Shown in pieces: positions 12,001 to 18,780 of a DNA stretch of 64,000 nt. Under the pieces are notes generated by a model that worked only from the letters and a program-made list of their open reading frames with translations, was not told where the DNA came from and did not search any database. A program made the translations under genes and the position numbers. Source of the stretch: Monocercomonoides exilis PA203 (Eukaryota > Protista > Preaxostyla); the NCBI GenBank assembly GCA_001643675.2, contig LSRY02000044.1, positions 496,001 through 560,000 on the forward strand. The letters run 5' to 3'. The stretch's first letter is position 1. Each line of letters opens with the position of its first letter.

Positions 12001-14808
12001 TGTTGAGCTTGTGTTTGTGGATGAAAAAGGTGACGTACTCAAAGGAACTGATTGAATAGAACGGCAGCTGTTTGTCTGCGTGAGTGAGGCAGAAGACACA
12101 CGAGAAAGAGAAATAGAGTCTGTTGAATGGGAGGAAGGGAAGAGATCAGTTGAAAAGGGATCTTTTCGGTTGAATTCATCGTTTTCTTTGGACTTACTTT
12201 CTCCTCTTTCTTCTTCTCCTCTTTCTTGTTCTTCTTTATCATCTACATCTGATGAATGAGAATGCTCCTTCAAAGACAACTGATGCTGTTGTTGATTTCC
12301 AAATTCTTGTTTTTCATCAGAAAAGTTGTGAAAAGAAGAAGAAGAAGAAGAAGAATTGTAGTTGAAGCCAGATGAAGGTGATACAAACAGATAAGAATTA
12401 TCAGCATCTGCTGTCACACTGGAATCACATTGAGAAGATATTTGGCCTTCTTTCAGCTGTTTCTGTTGTTTCTGTTGTTGTTGTTCTTGTAAAGAATCAG
12501 AAGAAGAATCAGAAGAATCAGAAGAATTGATTGGATTGAGCAAACTGAGAGAGCTGTCTGTTTGAATGCTCATTGCACGGATGGCTGATGGAGTGTGTGT
12601 TTGTGTTGAAGGGAAAGCAGATGATGATGAAGGTGATGACGGAGAAGAAAGAGAAGTTGGATGAGAAGAAGAAGGAGAAGGAGAAGAAGGTGAATGTGAT
12701 TCATTTTCTCTCGATTCCGATGAATTGTCAGCAGATTCTTCTGTTGAAGAAGTTATTCTTTCGTTCTCATTTTTTGAATTATCAGTTTGTTCTTCAATCT
12801 GTTTCAAAGAAAATGAAGGAGAAGAAGAAGATGGTGAAGATGATGAAAGAGAAATATCTGCTTTGGAATTTGTATTGTTCAATTGTGACTCCAAATTTGA
12901 GGCATTTGACGGAGAATTGGCTGAAAGAGGTGTTGAATCGCTGCTTTCTGGTGAGGCGATAGAAGGCGACTGAGAAATTTGGTCTTCATCAGAAAAGGAA
13001 GTAGCGGAGGAAGAGGAAGAAAGAAGAGATTGGAGGGAGTTTGTGAGTGTTGTGAAGGGAGAGGCAAACGGAGTGGAAGGTGAGTCAGATGAATGGAAGT
13101 GGTTGTTTGATGAAGTGGCTGATGACTTTGTAAATGAAGGAGAAGAAGATGGAGAAGGAGAGGAAGGAGAAGAAGAAGATGATGATGATGATGATGACGA
13201 TGAAGACGATGATGAGGGAGAAGGGGAAGGGGAAGACGAAAGAGAAGAAGGAACCGAAAACGAGTATCTGGATGTTGGTGGTAGCGGAGGAAGCGATGGA
13301 GGAGCAGGGGAAATGGAGTGAGGAGAAGGAGAGGCAGAGACAGAAGAAGAAACAGCTGAGAAGGCAAACACGCCATCTTCAGCAGATGAGCTGCGGTGAG
13401 AAGTCGAAATTACACTGCTTGCCGGCGAAGAAGCAGCAGAAGACACAAAAAGCGGGTTTTTGCTCATCGAAGCCTGAGCTATTTTGCCTGTTTTATCATT
13501 CTTTTCATTCTTTTCTCTCTCATCTTTCTTCTCCTTCTTCTGGCTGTCCCTCTGCAGTCTGCTCAGCGACAGTGCTGGGAATGGCGAGTGTGAGGACTCA
13601 GCAGCAGAAGCGGAGGGGCTGTTGCTCTGTGTGTCGTGCTGGATGAAGACAAGCTCTTCGTGTATATCGATCAGCCTGTTCACAGAAGACAGCAGAATCG
13701 CCCAGTCTTTCCCTTTGCAGCTGAAGAGTGCCTCAAACTGGCTGCTTTCGGCTTCTGGCACATCGTCTGATGAGATTGCAGTGTTTTTGTCTTCTTCTTC
13801 TGATGATGCTCCCTCGTTCTGCTTGGCGTTGGATGCTTGTTTGATTCTGTTGAGCGTCTGTGTGTTGAACTCTGCATCGATAAACTCACTTCTCTTCACT
13901 AGGTGTGTTATTGTGATGAGCAGCCTCTTCAAACCATTCAGCCTTTGAAAGACGGTGAAGAAGGTGTCTTCCTGCGTCTTTTGCTGCACAGATGACTTGC
14001 AAAGAATCAAAATATACTCCCACAATTTAACAATGTATGTAACATCAAAACCAACGAAATCGTTTTCGTTTTGGAGCGATGAATCACAACTATCTATTTG
14101 TGTAGTGTGATTCTGCTTCGAATTCTCGCTAATTTCTTTTGTTATTCCAAATGTTTGTGTTGATTGTGTATCTTCATCACTTTGAAAAATACTTTGTAAA
14201 TCATGCAAATCATAAAGAGCATTTTCATCAGTAATTGTTGTCAGCAGCGTTTTTGTAGAAGAATAATATCGCATTCCAAAGCAATGACTTATTTTTTTTT
14301 CATCCATTGGCAGTATTGAGAATGGATTATTATCTTTGGTATAATTATCATTTTCTTTTCTGATCATCATCTGCAATATCTCTTTCATCCCAATGCAAAG
14401 CATTTCGCCAATTGAAAAAAGCAACGTTGAAAGGTAAAAATCCTTGCTTTGTAATAGCTGCATATGTTGATTCTCTTTATGCGAGTCCTTCCCTGTTTTA
14501 GTTTCAAAATTGATGACTTTCGCTTCATTGAAACTTCTTTCTTCAGTATTTAAGTTGAAAGAATCAATCATTCTCAGAACATCCTCCATTAGCAATAACG
14601 ATGGAGGAGGTAAGTTCTTTCCTAAATAAAATAGCGCTTTAAGTTTCTGCACTTCTTTCATTCTTACACGAAATTTCTGCTTTTCTTTGAAATCAATCGA
14701 ATTTTTTTTTATGCAATTCGAACAATCTTTATCTTCGTTTGCAAATGACTCGCAACAACTTTCAAAATATGCTACAATTATCGATTTAAATAAAAGAATG
14801 TATTTCAT
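1..14808 (-). CDS. Giant BEACH-family protein (WDFY3/ALFY/LvsA-like), N-terminal >=4,936 aa, 3'-partial; PH-BEACH-WD40 end expected left of the window
   Basis: ATG at 14808 (MKYILLFKSIIV...). The same frame was open wherever I spot-translated it, down to base 1 (...LLEQHIHKKRIIDEFVRSLLSYLSFEPELFLSNQLIISNA), and the ORF track shows no stop-terminated ORF in this frame. Motifs of the BEACH-protein ConA/LamG-like region: LLGRYSVSNEEARALF (~7350-7400), PFPPSGTGFSLSLWLRID (~6440-6495), FRWHHLVISL...IAIDG (~6070-6155), VWHLGPFFLAEDILSFHQIAQIVSLGPSY (~5400-5490). Many poly-Ser inserts. Confidence 0.8.
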   Translation of the reverse strand, partial: MKYILLFKSIIVAYFESCCESFANEDKDCSNCIKKNSIDFKEKQKFRVRMKEVQKLKALFYLGKNLPPPSLLLMEDVLRMIDSFNLNTEERSFNEAKVINFETKTGKDSHKENQHMQLLQSKDFYLSTLLFSIGEMLCIGMKEILQMMIRKENDNYTKDNNPFSILPMDEKKISHCFGMRYYSSTKTLLTTITDENALYDLHDLQSIFQSDEDTQSTQTFGITKEISENSKQNHTTQIDSCDSSLQNENDFVGFDVTYIVKLWEYILILCKSSVQQKTQEDTFFTVFQRLNGLKRLLITITHLVKRSEFIDAEFNTQTLNRIKQASNAKQNEGASSEEEDKNTAISSDDVPEAESSQFEALFSCKGKDWAILLSSVNRLIDIHEELVFIQHDTQSNSPSASAAESSHSPFPALSLSRLQRDSQKKEKKDEREKNEKNDKTGKIAQASMSKNPLFVSSAASSPASSVISTSHRSSSAEDGVFAFSAVSSSVSASPSPHSISPAPPSLPPLPPTSRYSFSVPSSLSSSPSPSPSSSSSSSSSSSSSSSSPSSPSPSSSPSFTKSSATSSNNHFHSSDSPSTPFASPFTTLTNSLQSLLSSSSSATSFSDEDQISQSPSIASPESSDSTPLSANSPSNASNLESQLNNTNSKADISLSSSSPSSSSPSFSLKQIEEQTDNSKNENERITSSTEESADNSSESRENESHSPSSPSPSSSHPTSLSSPSSPSSSSAFPSTQTHTPSAIRAMSIQTDSSLSLLNPINSSDSSDSSSDSLQEQQQQKQQKQLKEGQISSQCDSSVTADADNSYLFVSPSSGFNYNSSSSSSSFHNFSDEKQEFGNQQQHQLSLKEHSHSSDVDDKEEQERGEEERGESKSKENDEFNRKDPFSTDLFPSSHSTDSISLSRVSSASLTQTNSCRSIQSVPLSTSPFSSTNTSSTIKFDKPFPSSSSSSASSLPPSSSPSPLPSRSHSSNSYSFPSSSPSPRPESYPNNISYPQSSSSPSSSSSSSSPSSNTQTDPFELLFILRSFVRSPNAHLLYSSPSASLMLPSSFPSSSSSSSASSSFSPLNSSSSSSFTSHYSSSQPLTPSYSRNSFTNAPLSPSFHSSSLADSHTNNNSDDILFPSSSLSNFTSSFSSLPSSSSSSSSSSSTSSLSLSLSNQNFENISFPSASLSSFISTSPSQTQSASSSSSSSSSSSSSSSSSSDLTEEAPSIANAAESAENAQTSSDSSSSSSQNEFNEDQQNEDIPMHSSPSPPYSPPLQTSSSEPSSSAPPSISSSSSLTSSSPCSDFEQQKKTSSTNSSSSLIPSDFLLFWRVVPSDESTNSSSSEQLSPFSSSSSSFYSSSSSSSSSSSSSFSSSSSSLSPFSSLLSSLSHSISSSIPHTAFARATLSVPCDENSILSFSAFLSLLSLFEYSVAQPLLQLNIIRRIIRILRANSKNPHFASKLGTTETLMRLFPDLNEAVKRECIEVLAVHTRCSLSDQSLGGSSQMNSSLTSSSSSISSSSSSISSSSSISSSSSISSSAPSPFSPRSSSITPSSSPPSSSFTSSSSSSSSSSSSSPSSFVFPLLQRELSMLCKTSLTTQMSVSTLSTVLFGIEKLLSISSSSISSSSSSSSSSSSPLHSSLSLPYSSSYLPSFALALNFAYPSFSPFHPLFSLPSHHSTLASSSPLFNSLSSSSSSSSSSFASKQRMLSTLRNTKIVERVSSLLASLVVLSVCISPDYPKECTWSSLKQFCDDSLNEEKGNLPPLKLKSSASECLINNSVGNSSTGLNNSSLSSSSSSSSSSSSSSSPYFIPPTSFFLHTAKHLRSLYSRHGISVRPDEFPFIEIITDTFDLVSSSIIRRDIGRIEADAVTHAHNAPFDSPFSTISAATSFVDPVSLANSPFPSPSLSSSAASSADGNVDSSSLNSTSSSHSSSSRFRHKRQAVTFSSARNRTASFATSVEPTSSSTSLTSTLCLNLMSSSSSSSSSSLSSSSGNASSTSSSSSSSSLTLLSSLRPLFSLIPSFTHTLLSLISQNEPNQHIARRLFHTSDDYILVSMLLHPFSVSSAVCLLSSFLSSDRQQQLDDICSLLSAIGLSTRTQSVPLLIFLHHILNASPAIQSSAEAEGLFEVLFGLLKREGKERKRREGMKRKNKLKDDDGNLTEEKKEEKEKNEVDSLDDQNSSKTSILFASPQTLSSSMFYFLMEPAINKQSNDNFTKTNQSNSSVHSKFSPTPENASNSRSSSPSSSSSSSLSTSHSFSLFSAEQHFYSSLAPPSTLTIIHLILRCLSAATASNTANSTKLEADFSFADFLTDILCSCGLMEDEYSARFVAVLLFEMGCGVDYLTDGEKLVLSSFYNSHEMAMPSSLLLPSLSYSSNSSSYSSFSSFSYNQAGNSRKTSQKSPFLISNAFPIRVLLRLLKRIPFLSLQKDILRTLLLLILHSSSHSTRILSEGKIFSELLTHFGFVLSDEKNPLFCEITMIGLLLGRYSVSNEEARALFQLAYLAGNVQNVEKDMKRKERMKKIIPMEKKDKDEEMHLSFGSLSVKNQNSSSSSSSSSSQLETEKDAISSKNDTYCNSFHTLLNFILGLISVGCSSPSSPYFSLYKFPSSVENEFFSSFFSQSHPKHTSDTTSFTSSNTNTNTNTNIASSSSSSSSISPIHSTSSSPLFTPSTQISSYPVHNYFSSLNQSLDSLFSPFTSPPSIPCVTFNISDCSDAFLHLSLTSPTTTTTSSSSSSSSSNSQYTSSSLNSVTSSSISSTPSNSTQTSTSSSSSSSSSSSSSVLRPFPPSGTGFSLSLWLRIDCCVGYLPMQIFNAQSADGKLFFEVLFDHTRKQLILRTNPHSEIEENISAANEKNTSSSSSSSSSSSSSSSSAFSSFSLTPSNPLSLCTFPFDPVPFRWHHLVISLLRNRTFKTKGTAFIAIDGVFSDTKPLTYVQSVPHSMLSTVSMSIGQKRTKFSVGGKKILNALNTNNAFSSQSSTDSSHPHLLSQIPLSQTSPALEPASFPMSAITPTTPSDSYPSSPYMAITRPLSSSMTPVMSLSSPPISPCPSISPFGISHLSPHGSTPLSPSSPLAAANVLPTAPLSPAQKDISSRLSQSNKGNSAESPISNLLTPLSAVWHLGPFFLAEDILSFHQIAQIVSLGPSYFGTASGDVGRFAGIDGRASVIPIPNDVWVTPQPQQKEINVIESQKNSKMIEALSNLGKDNKNVSNENKRKEAIVRSQAIPDDGTHFLSFSCVLPRLPSEIVEHNAKMKMSKCSRNNRVAESKRILEQSQKGSFFNQNTKSAFSDSSSSSSRNTEDEETDKMNNHPTKQLNSFSSLNCLPLPSPRSAVSRNAITRFWMAEGALSSLTPLIPHINLPESPSSSSSSSSSSSHILRSFPPPSCLPRTRAPHCAENESPFIFSSEKYFFFFHPMHHTQHYKLHSLVPSRKDMKTILDLPNDNQSVHFDGFEWHDIHHNSQLQHQHKGRYSGKQESIKAKEVVWAKKTAQMRHKTDRDETMSGTWNTLTAQPRDNAGLKQNESSISAAVGSSSSSSSSVSASSSSATSIAGVSLAWVEGNAFISTPHPIASSVESIGGPTVLLSLIDMCTDEQAFSTAVAVLMTATRNSPTFAHQMDVEGSWQLLCHILERRAHLLNEETYALILHSACSAPACASSFIPADASVLSQIPPSAFSSPLPSELIQEENSIPNPNQPSDHQQSETFPSSVSSLTETSKNRTYFTSCPIILNARAFACIAFDSLLLLQLPSSFVQILSRTLLLLLHQGNPYSRFNLDRLKEHNAFAQLIHLIIHLGSNCIDDWITKDENSEMNVRFSHTTLTSNSNTNSIHSPSNKSIPLKCFPSSASLSSVLTVLLRLLGDAWEGPDLQLFVELCVSLLPSASERADALLNANELWLDHLLCKEENKENAHKTNEMTLKLLKGHKVSIENVAKEAFRQFAFKSSFVNSISHPATSTPIQLQSPINRIVLLNRLLLFLEILFVTTDSNPCLSSPVPLSITASSSSSSSSSSPAFSASSGMSSLSSSSSITSSSFSSYSSYNLSVLSSILANRILSFFHGASPSTALLSLRLLGLMLLRHDGFANQFIQRKGFQQLAPLLLPFALFPPFYTLLFAIMLRRVDVIASNLLFVEEDEQNKMNRLMNEKLNFNELIMNSSGNLKKIQQTFEKDSKCLNKETSTKHSDSSESSHHTNSSLYPFEHPTNPDFFSLRGLLTSPRSLALSKQSIAQQPQQGTSSTSVQSSQSSSSSNASSSQFGSNQSNSNNVAGIQVPLPHCIHVILYLLTAAHNCCYLSSDACVDWRPHLLNANDIRSKNVHKRETIYKQSPSFASVASSSAPSASASQTDSHSMTKESSGNNNSLTDLSFCIPVLTPDEFEKQEDFPFSSNTKLTDHSPSSLYSSASSSSSSCNSTLSPEEHRFFSHSPFVSAGHCGFWHSATLNSELFPSVLSLNSSHLCVLFPCLPCDVVNHSRLLVRVVIEALNAIVLLCVNEGKDEIAALLFDMLLLNPYVEGMSLLTLLFAPSFATSPGEEMNQTKENSKLGGETSLIAKGNNSETKKANKLESTCGMSDFDESDADAVPVDELDLGNDLFNTTNPKRKEDDKQTSTLFTLNPQSTPVEQTFQFDKSPSSSASSLQMTDYTSVPDSSSTQFDEATPILPEMDINEQIHSFTPTVSFSNGVSFKQFQKQRKTQTNDSLIINIPSYESTDLSEFSDVEGASSASSVSDAQKQKDSTTTINCLPTFCSLSSSSLQSKQSSDGSYSLLHPSESTYSNDATSVENLNEANADRYTFIENSIYHLINDCLLFALRVAGNLFDKKPSLYSDCVSAQLSSTASSIPPFTPPPSSSSSAGLSSSSSYSTLPSQTTSSASSSSSFNASSTQLLSFFSRSVTFCDIFTELLEGIHPHLSLLEQHIHKKRIIDEFVRSLLSYLSFEPELFLSNQLIISNA

Positions 14809-15163
14809 GGTTAGAAAACCAAATTATAATTAATATTTCAAATAATAAAGCATCAATTGTGAATGATTTTTCAAAGTAATATGCTGTCTCAAACATTCGT
14901 TTTGATGTATATTTCTTTCACGAAATTGTTTGTTTTCAAAAGGAAAATCATAATTTTCCAATATCATGCAAGGATGTTAATAAATAAAATAAAGGTTTTA
15001 AAATTTAGACAAATAAGACTTCTATCAACAACAATAAAATGTTTCATAAGTGCACAAAATACGACCATGAACGAAACATGTAAAACATTCTGACGTTTGA
15101 CATGCCAAATGAAATAACTGACTTACATCTAGTTCAATATTTTGGTGAGAAATGCAATTTTTT

Positions 15164-15234
15164 AAAAAAAAGAAAAAGAAAAAGAAAAAGAAAAAGAAAA
15201 GAAAGAAAGAAAAGAAAAGAAATGAAGAAAGAAA
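15164..15234. repeat. A-rich (GAAAAA/GAAA)n microsatellite
   Basis: aaaaagaaaaagaaaaagaaaaag...gaaagaaag directly visible. Confidence 0.8.
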
Positions 15235-16007
15235 TTCACTTTTTGTTGTTTATTTGAATTGAAAATGAATGGGGTACCGACATTGAAATCATTTTTGGAA
15301 TTTTATGATCAACTGACTGTCAGTGAAGGTCGTGACATTGGATAAAATATGAAATAAATAATCATAGCTAATTATTTGTGTTATTTCGAGTTTTAGTCAC
15401 GAATTAAAAATTAACACAGTTATTCAGATGTTATCAAGAAATACTTAAATCTCCAGGAAGTTTTTTTTTTAAACCGTTGAATAGAAATATTTTTTTGTAG
15501 AGATATGGTTGTGGCCATGATCGAAAATGTTTTTATTTGTGTAATTTTATTTCTAAAATTTGAAAATTTTCATTTTGGGTTTTGAAAGAAAGTTTGAGTT
15601 ATCTTTGTTTGTTATATCCACAATTTCTTATAATTGTGTGATAATTTTTGAAATCATCACTTTTTTCGAAGCGTTGATTTTTCAAATGTCATATTTCTTT
15701 GGAGAGGAATTAATATTCGAAAGAAAAAAATCATGGAAAATTTATAAAAAATGCTGAGATTTTAATCATGTTGAAATTATTTTTGAAAGGAGGAACAACT
15801 TTAAAGTGTTCATTTGTCAGTATTCAAAGTGAATTCCCAAACCGAAATTTTTGTATGAAAAAATATGAATTTAAAAACAATCACCCAAATGTATTTTCAA
15901 AAACAGTATTATTAAACATTTCTCCAATAACGCCGTTTGTGTGTGTTTGATGAACAGAAAAATCTTTAATTGTGACATCTTCATGTTAAGAAATCAATTA
16001 TTAATTA

Positions 16008-16456
16008 CAGTCAGAACCGGATATAATCACATCGGTTTTTGCACGACTTTTTGTGACTATATCCGATTGTGATTTTACACGATGCTGAGTTACACAGAAA
16101 AAAATAAAAAATGATTAATTAATTAATTAATTTTGGGTCGATTTTTTCATTTTTGGAAATTCTTTTCAAAAACACTTTTTTCAATAAAAATGACAATTTT
16201 TCATGTTTTATTATGTTATTTTGACTTATTTGAGCACATTTTTGAAAACTCGAAAAATTGAGATTTTTGATCAAAAAACCGTTTTTCATTGAAAAAATCA
16301 CCCATTATAATTTAAAATGTGATTATATATTTTCATCCCTGTGATTATATTCGATGGAAAATGAATGAAAAATGGGCCAAAAATGTCGATGCATGGAAAA
16401 ATGTGACTATAAACGAATGTGATTGTATTCGATGTGATTATATCCGGTTTAGACTG
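16008..16456. mobile_element. 449-bp MITE, Tc1/mariner-type
   Basis: 27-bp TIRs CAGTCAGAACCGGATATAATCACATCG (16008-16034) and its inverse at 16430-16456 (25/27 match). TA on both flanks (16006-7, 16457-8). Several internal TGTGA(T/C)TATA copies near both ends. Confidence 0.85.
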
Positions 16457-17194
16457 TATTTGAATCAAAACTGCAAAATGATGAACATTGAGAAAAAATA
16501 TTAAGAATTTAACAAAATCAAGAGTTTGTCGTTTCATAAAACTGAATCGTTGATCTCACTTTGTGGAATGTCAGCGTTTGATCGATTGAAGCTTTTTCTC
16601 ACTCGTTACCTTTCTGTATTTGCTCTCATGTTTATTTCCCTTATTTCCTTTCGCTATATCTCCTTTTTTGAAGAAAATGCAATTTCTTTATAAAAAATGT
16701 CCCATCTTCTTCAGTCAAGCAGTGGGAATCAATGACAACGTTTGTCAGCCAACAGGCAATCTTAGCATCCATTGAGAGATTTTCTCTTCCTCCTGTGTAT
16801 TTATCTGAAAGTAAAAGCTATAACATTTTCATCCTCACAAAGAACCACTCAGCGGGGATTCTTTTTCTAGCCAATACAGAATTGAATTTTTTTGATATTT
16901 TCTTTCACTTTTCCGGAAAACAATGAGGAGGAGAAAGCTGCTTGAGAAAACTAATTAATGTTAAGCAAAGAATCATTTGTGTTTGCATACAATGATGTGG
17001 ATTATGAGTCTGAAGATGACATTGCAGAAGCAGAAGAGGAAGAATAAGATAAAAATGTTAACGACGAAGACGAAGTGGATGAAGAGGAAGAGAAAAAGGA
17101 AAAGGAGGAAGAAGAAGAAATGCATTTTTGAAGAAGATATTCCAAACAAAGAAGGACAAGTATTAAAATAATGAGAAAAGATTTTCGGAAACTT

Positions 17195-18060
17195 GTTTGT
17201 TTAGAAATTCTTTCGGATTTGTGTTATTATATTCAGCTCGAGAAAATAGCTTTGACATCCTTAATCTTCAAGAATAGCCCAGCTTTCGCTTTCATTATTA
17301 ATACAACTTCCGCTTTTTTCATTGTCTGTTTTCTTGAGATACCCAATGTATCTTTTCATCCCTTGTCTGAAAAGAGATACATGATGAATTCCTCCTGATA
17401 CAGCGTCTGACACAACGGAGCTTTGCGAATCGACCATTCTGAAACGGCCACTTCATTCTTCATTCAATTGACTAAATGATTATCTTCAAAAAACTGCTTT
17501 TCGTCATCGTATGCTATTGGTGGGCAAGGAACTTTCACTGTCGCAGTATCTACCAACAAAGCAACAGATGGAAAATCTCTGCATGGGCAAAAGGGAGGCC
17601 TTGGAGACTCTGAAAAGAGCTTCTCTTAAACGTGCACTAGATATGGTTCAATTTTATCAATGCAGTTTCACGCCATTGTGCTTGATATTTTCAAATTTTC
17701 AGCTATCTTTTAAATAGTGGTTCGACTTTATAGCCATCCAAGATAGATAATTATCTGATCGTGAACTGTTAGCATCTCTAGAGATCCCCTCTTTGGAACA
17801 GTGCTCATATCAGATTTGACAAGATTGCCAAGTTCTATCAAAAACAATTTTGGCAAACTGAATTGTTCATCAGTTTTGACATCAATTAATGATGAAAACA
17901 ATTCACCAAACGATATTTCTTTTTCCTCTTCTTCCTTTAGTGATTGAACTTCACTTTTTTTAATGTGAAAAATCTGTATTTCCCTTCTTATTTGTAGTGT
18001 TTTGTAATTAGAAAGCTTTTTTCCTTTTCTGTTCCTATTTTCATTTAACATTTGGGGCAA
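17195..18060 (-). pseudogene. Decayed DDE_Tnp_4 (PIF-Harbinger/ISL2EU-type) transposase
   Basis: Reading through stops and one frameshift: DQIIIYLGWL*SRTTI*KIAENLKISST (HTH-like), FPSVALLVDTATVKVPCP...N*MKNEVAVS, GGIHHVSLF, WAILED*GCQ (cf. WAILADKGY). Confidence 0.75.
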
Positions 18061-18322
18061 TATTTTTCATTTCAAACATTTTCTTTTAAAAATTATTCAT
18101 TTTTTCATTGACTTTTTTATATCAAAAAACACAATAAAAATGGGTTTCTTTTTTGACATTCATTAAATGTGACAAAACTTTTCGTAATAGCATCTATGAT
18201 GGAAACTTGCAGATAAGAAAAACCATTTTATTTTGATATTTGAGAAAGTGAAATAAAGTTATGAGTCAATCGATTTTATTATGCTTTGTACATAAATAGC
18301 TTGAAAGTCCGTATTTCCCCCC
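18048..18322 (-). mobile_element. Probable 5' terminal region of the ISL2EU/Harbinger-like element; homologous to 52486-52758
   Basis: Lies directly upstream of the transposase remnant and ends in GCTTGAAAGTCCGTATTTCCCCCC|ATAT. Colinear blocks are shared with the 52.5-kb copy (ttttcattgacttttt, acaataaaaatg, ttttttgacattc, tgagaaagtgaaataaagttatgag, agcttgaaag.ccgtattt). Confidence 0.7.
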
Positions 18323-18335
18323 ATATGGCTTTGAT

Positions 18336-18780
18336 GTGTCGTTAAAAGACTATTACAATCTCTTTTTACCAAACGACCCATTCTATGAATTGTCCACAAC
18401 GAATACAAATGAGAAGAGAGTGTACTATAATGGTAATTGCCTTCAACATGCAGAAAAGATGGGGTGGCTGAAAGAGGGAATGAATGTTCGGTATATTGTG
18501 GTGAGTGGGAATGATTCGAGCAATCTGTGTGGGATGAGTGTGCCAGCACCTTGCATGACCGTGGGGCATGCAGTGGGGTCGAGCATGGTGCAGCTGAGCT
18601 CAACAATCACGTTGCTAAGTGGGAGGCATGTGAGTGAAGGGGCGACAATCAATGTTGGAGAGAAAAAAATAAGCATTGTGGGGAAAGGGAAGACAGTGAG
18701 TGTGATTTGAAGGAATTTGCATTCTCCGACTTCATCAACACTGTTCAGCGTGATGAGAGGCCAGTTGGAGGCAATGTCTG
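18336..18780 (+). pseudogene. Fragment of a large surface-protein gene family (VSGND..CG....PC.T motif)
   Basis: YIVVSGNDSSNLCGMSVPAPCMTVGHAVGSSMVQLSSTITLLSGRHVSEGATINVGEKKISIVGKGKTVSVI, then an in-frame TGA (18708-18710), then STLFSVMRGQLE. No proper start; abuts the transposon end. Shares the G.D...CG....PC.T motif with the intact gene at 30918. Confidence 0.65.

Noticed and set aside
998-13948. Many plus-strand Glu/Asp/Arg/Lys-rich ORFs and short minus-strand Leu-rich ORFs
   Set aside because: Antisense or out-of-frame shadows of the poly-Ser codons in the giant BEACH ORF
15091-15340. Scattered TGAC motifs around an A-rich tract, possibly an old relative of the hAT-like end
   Set aside because: No TIR or TSD recoverable
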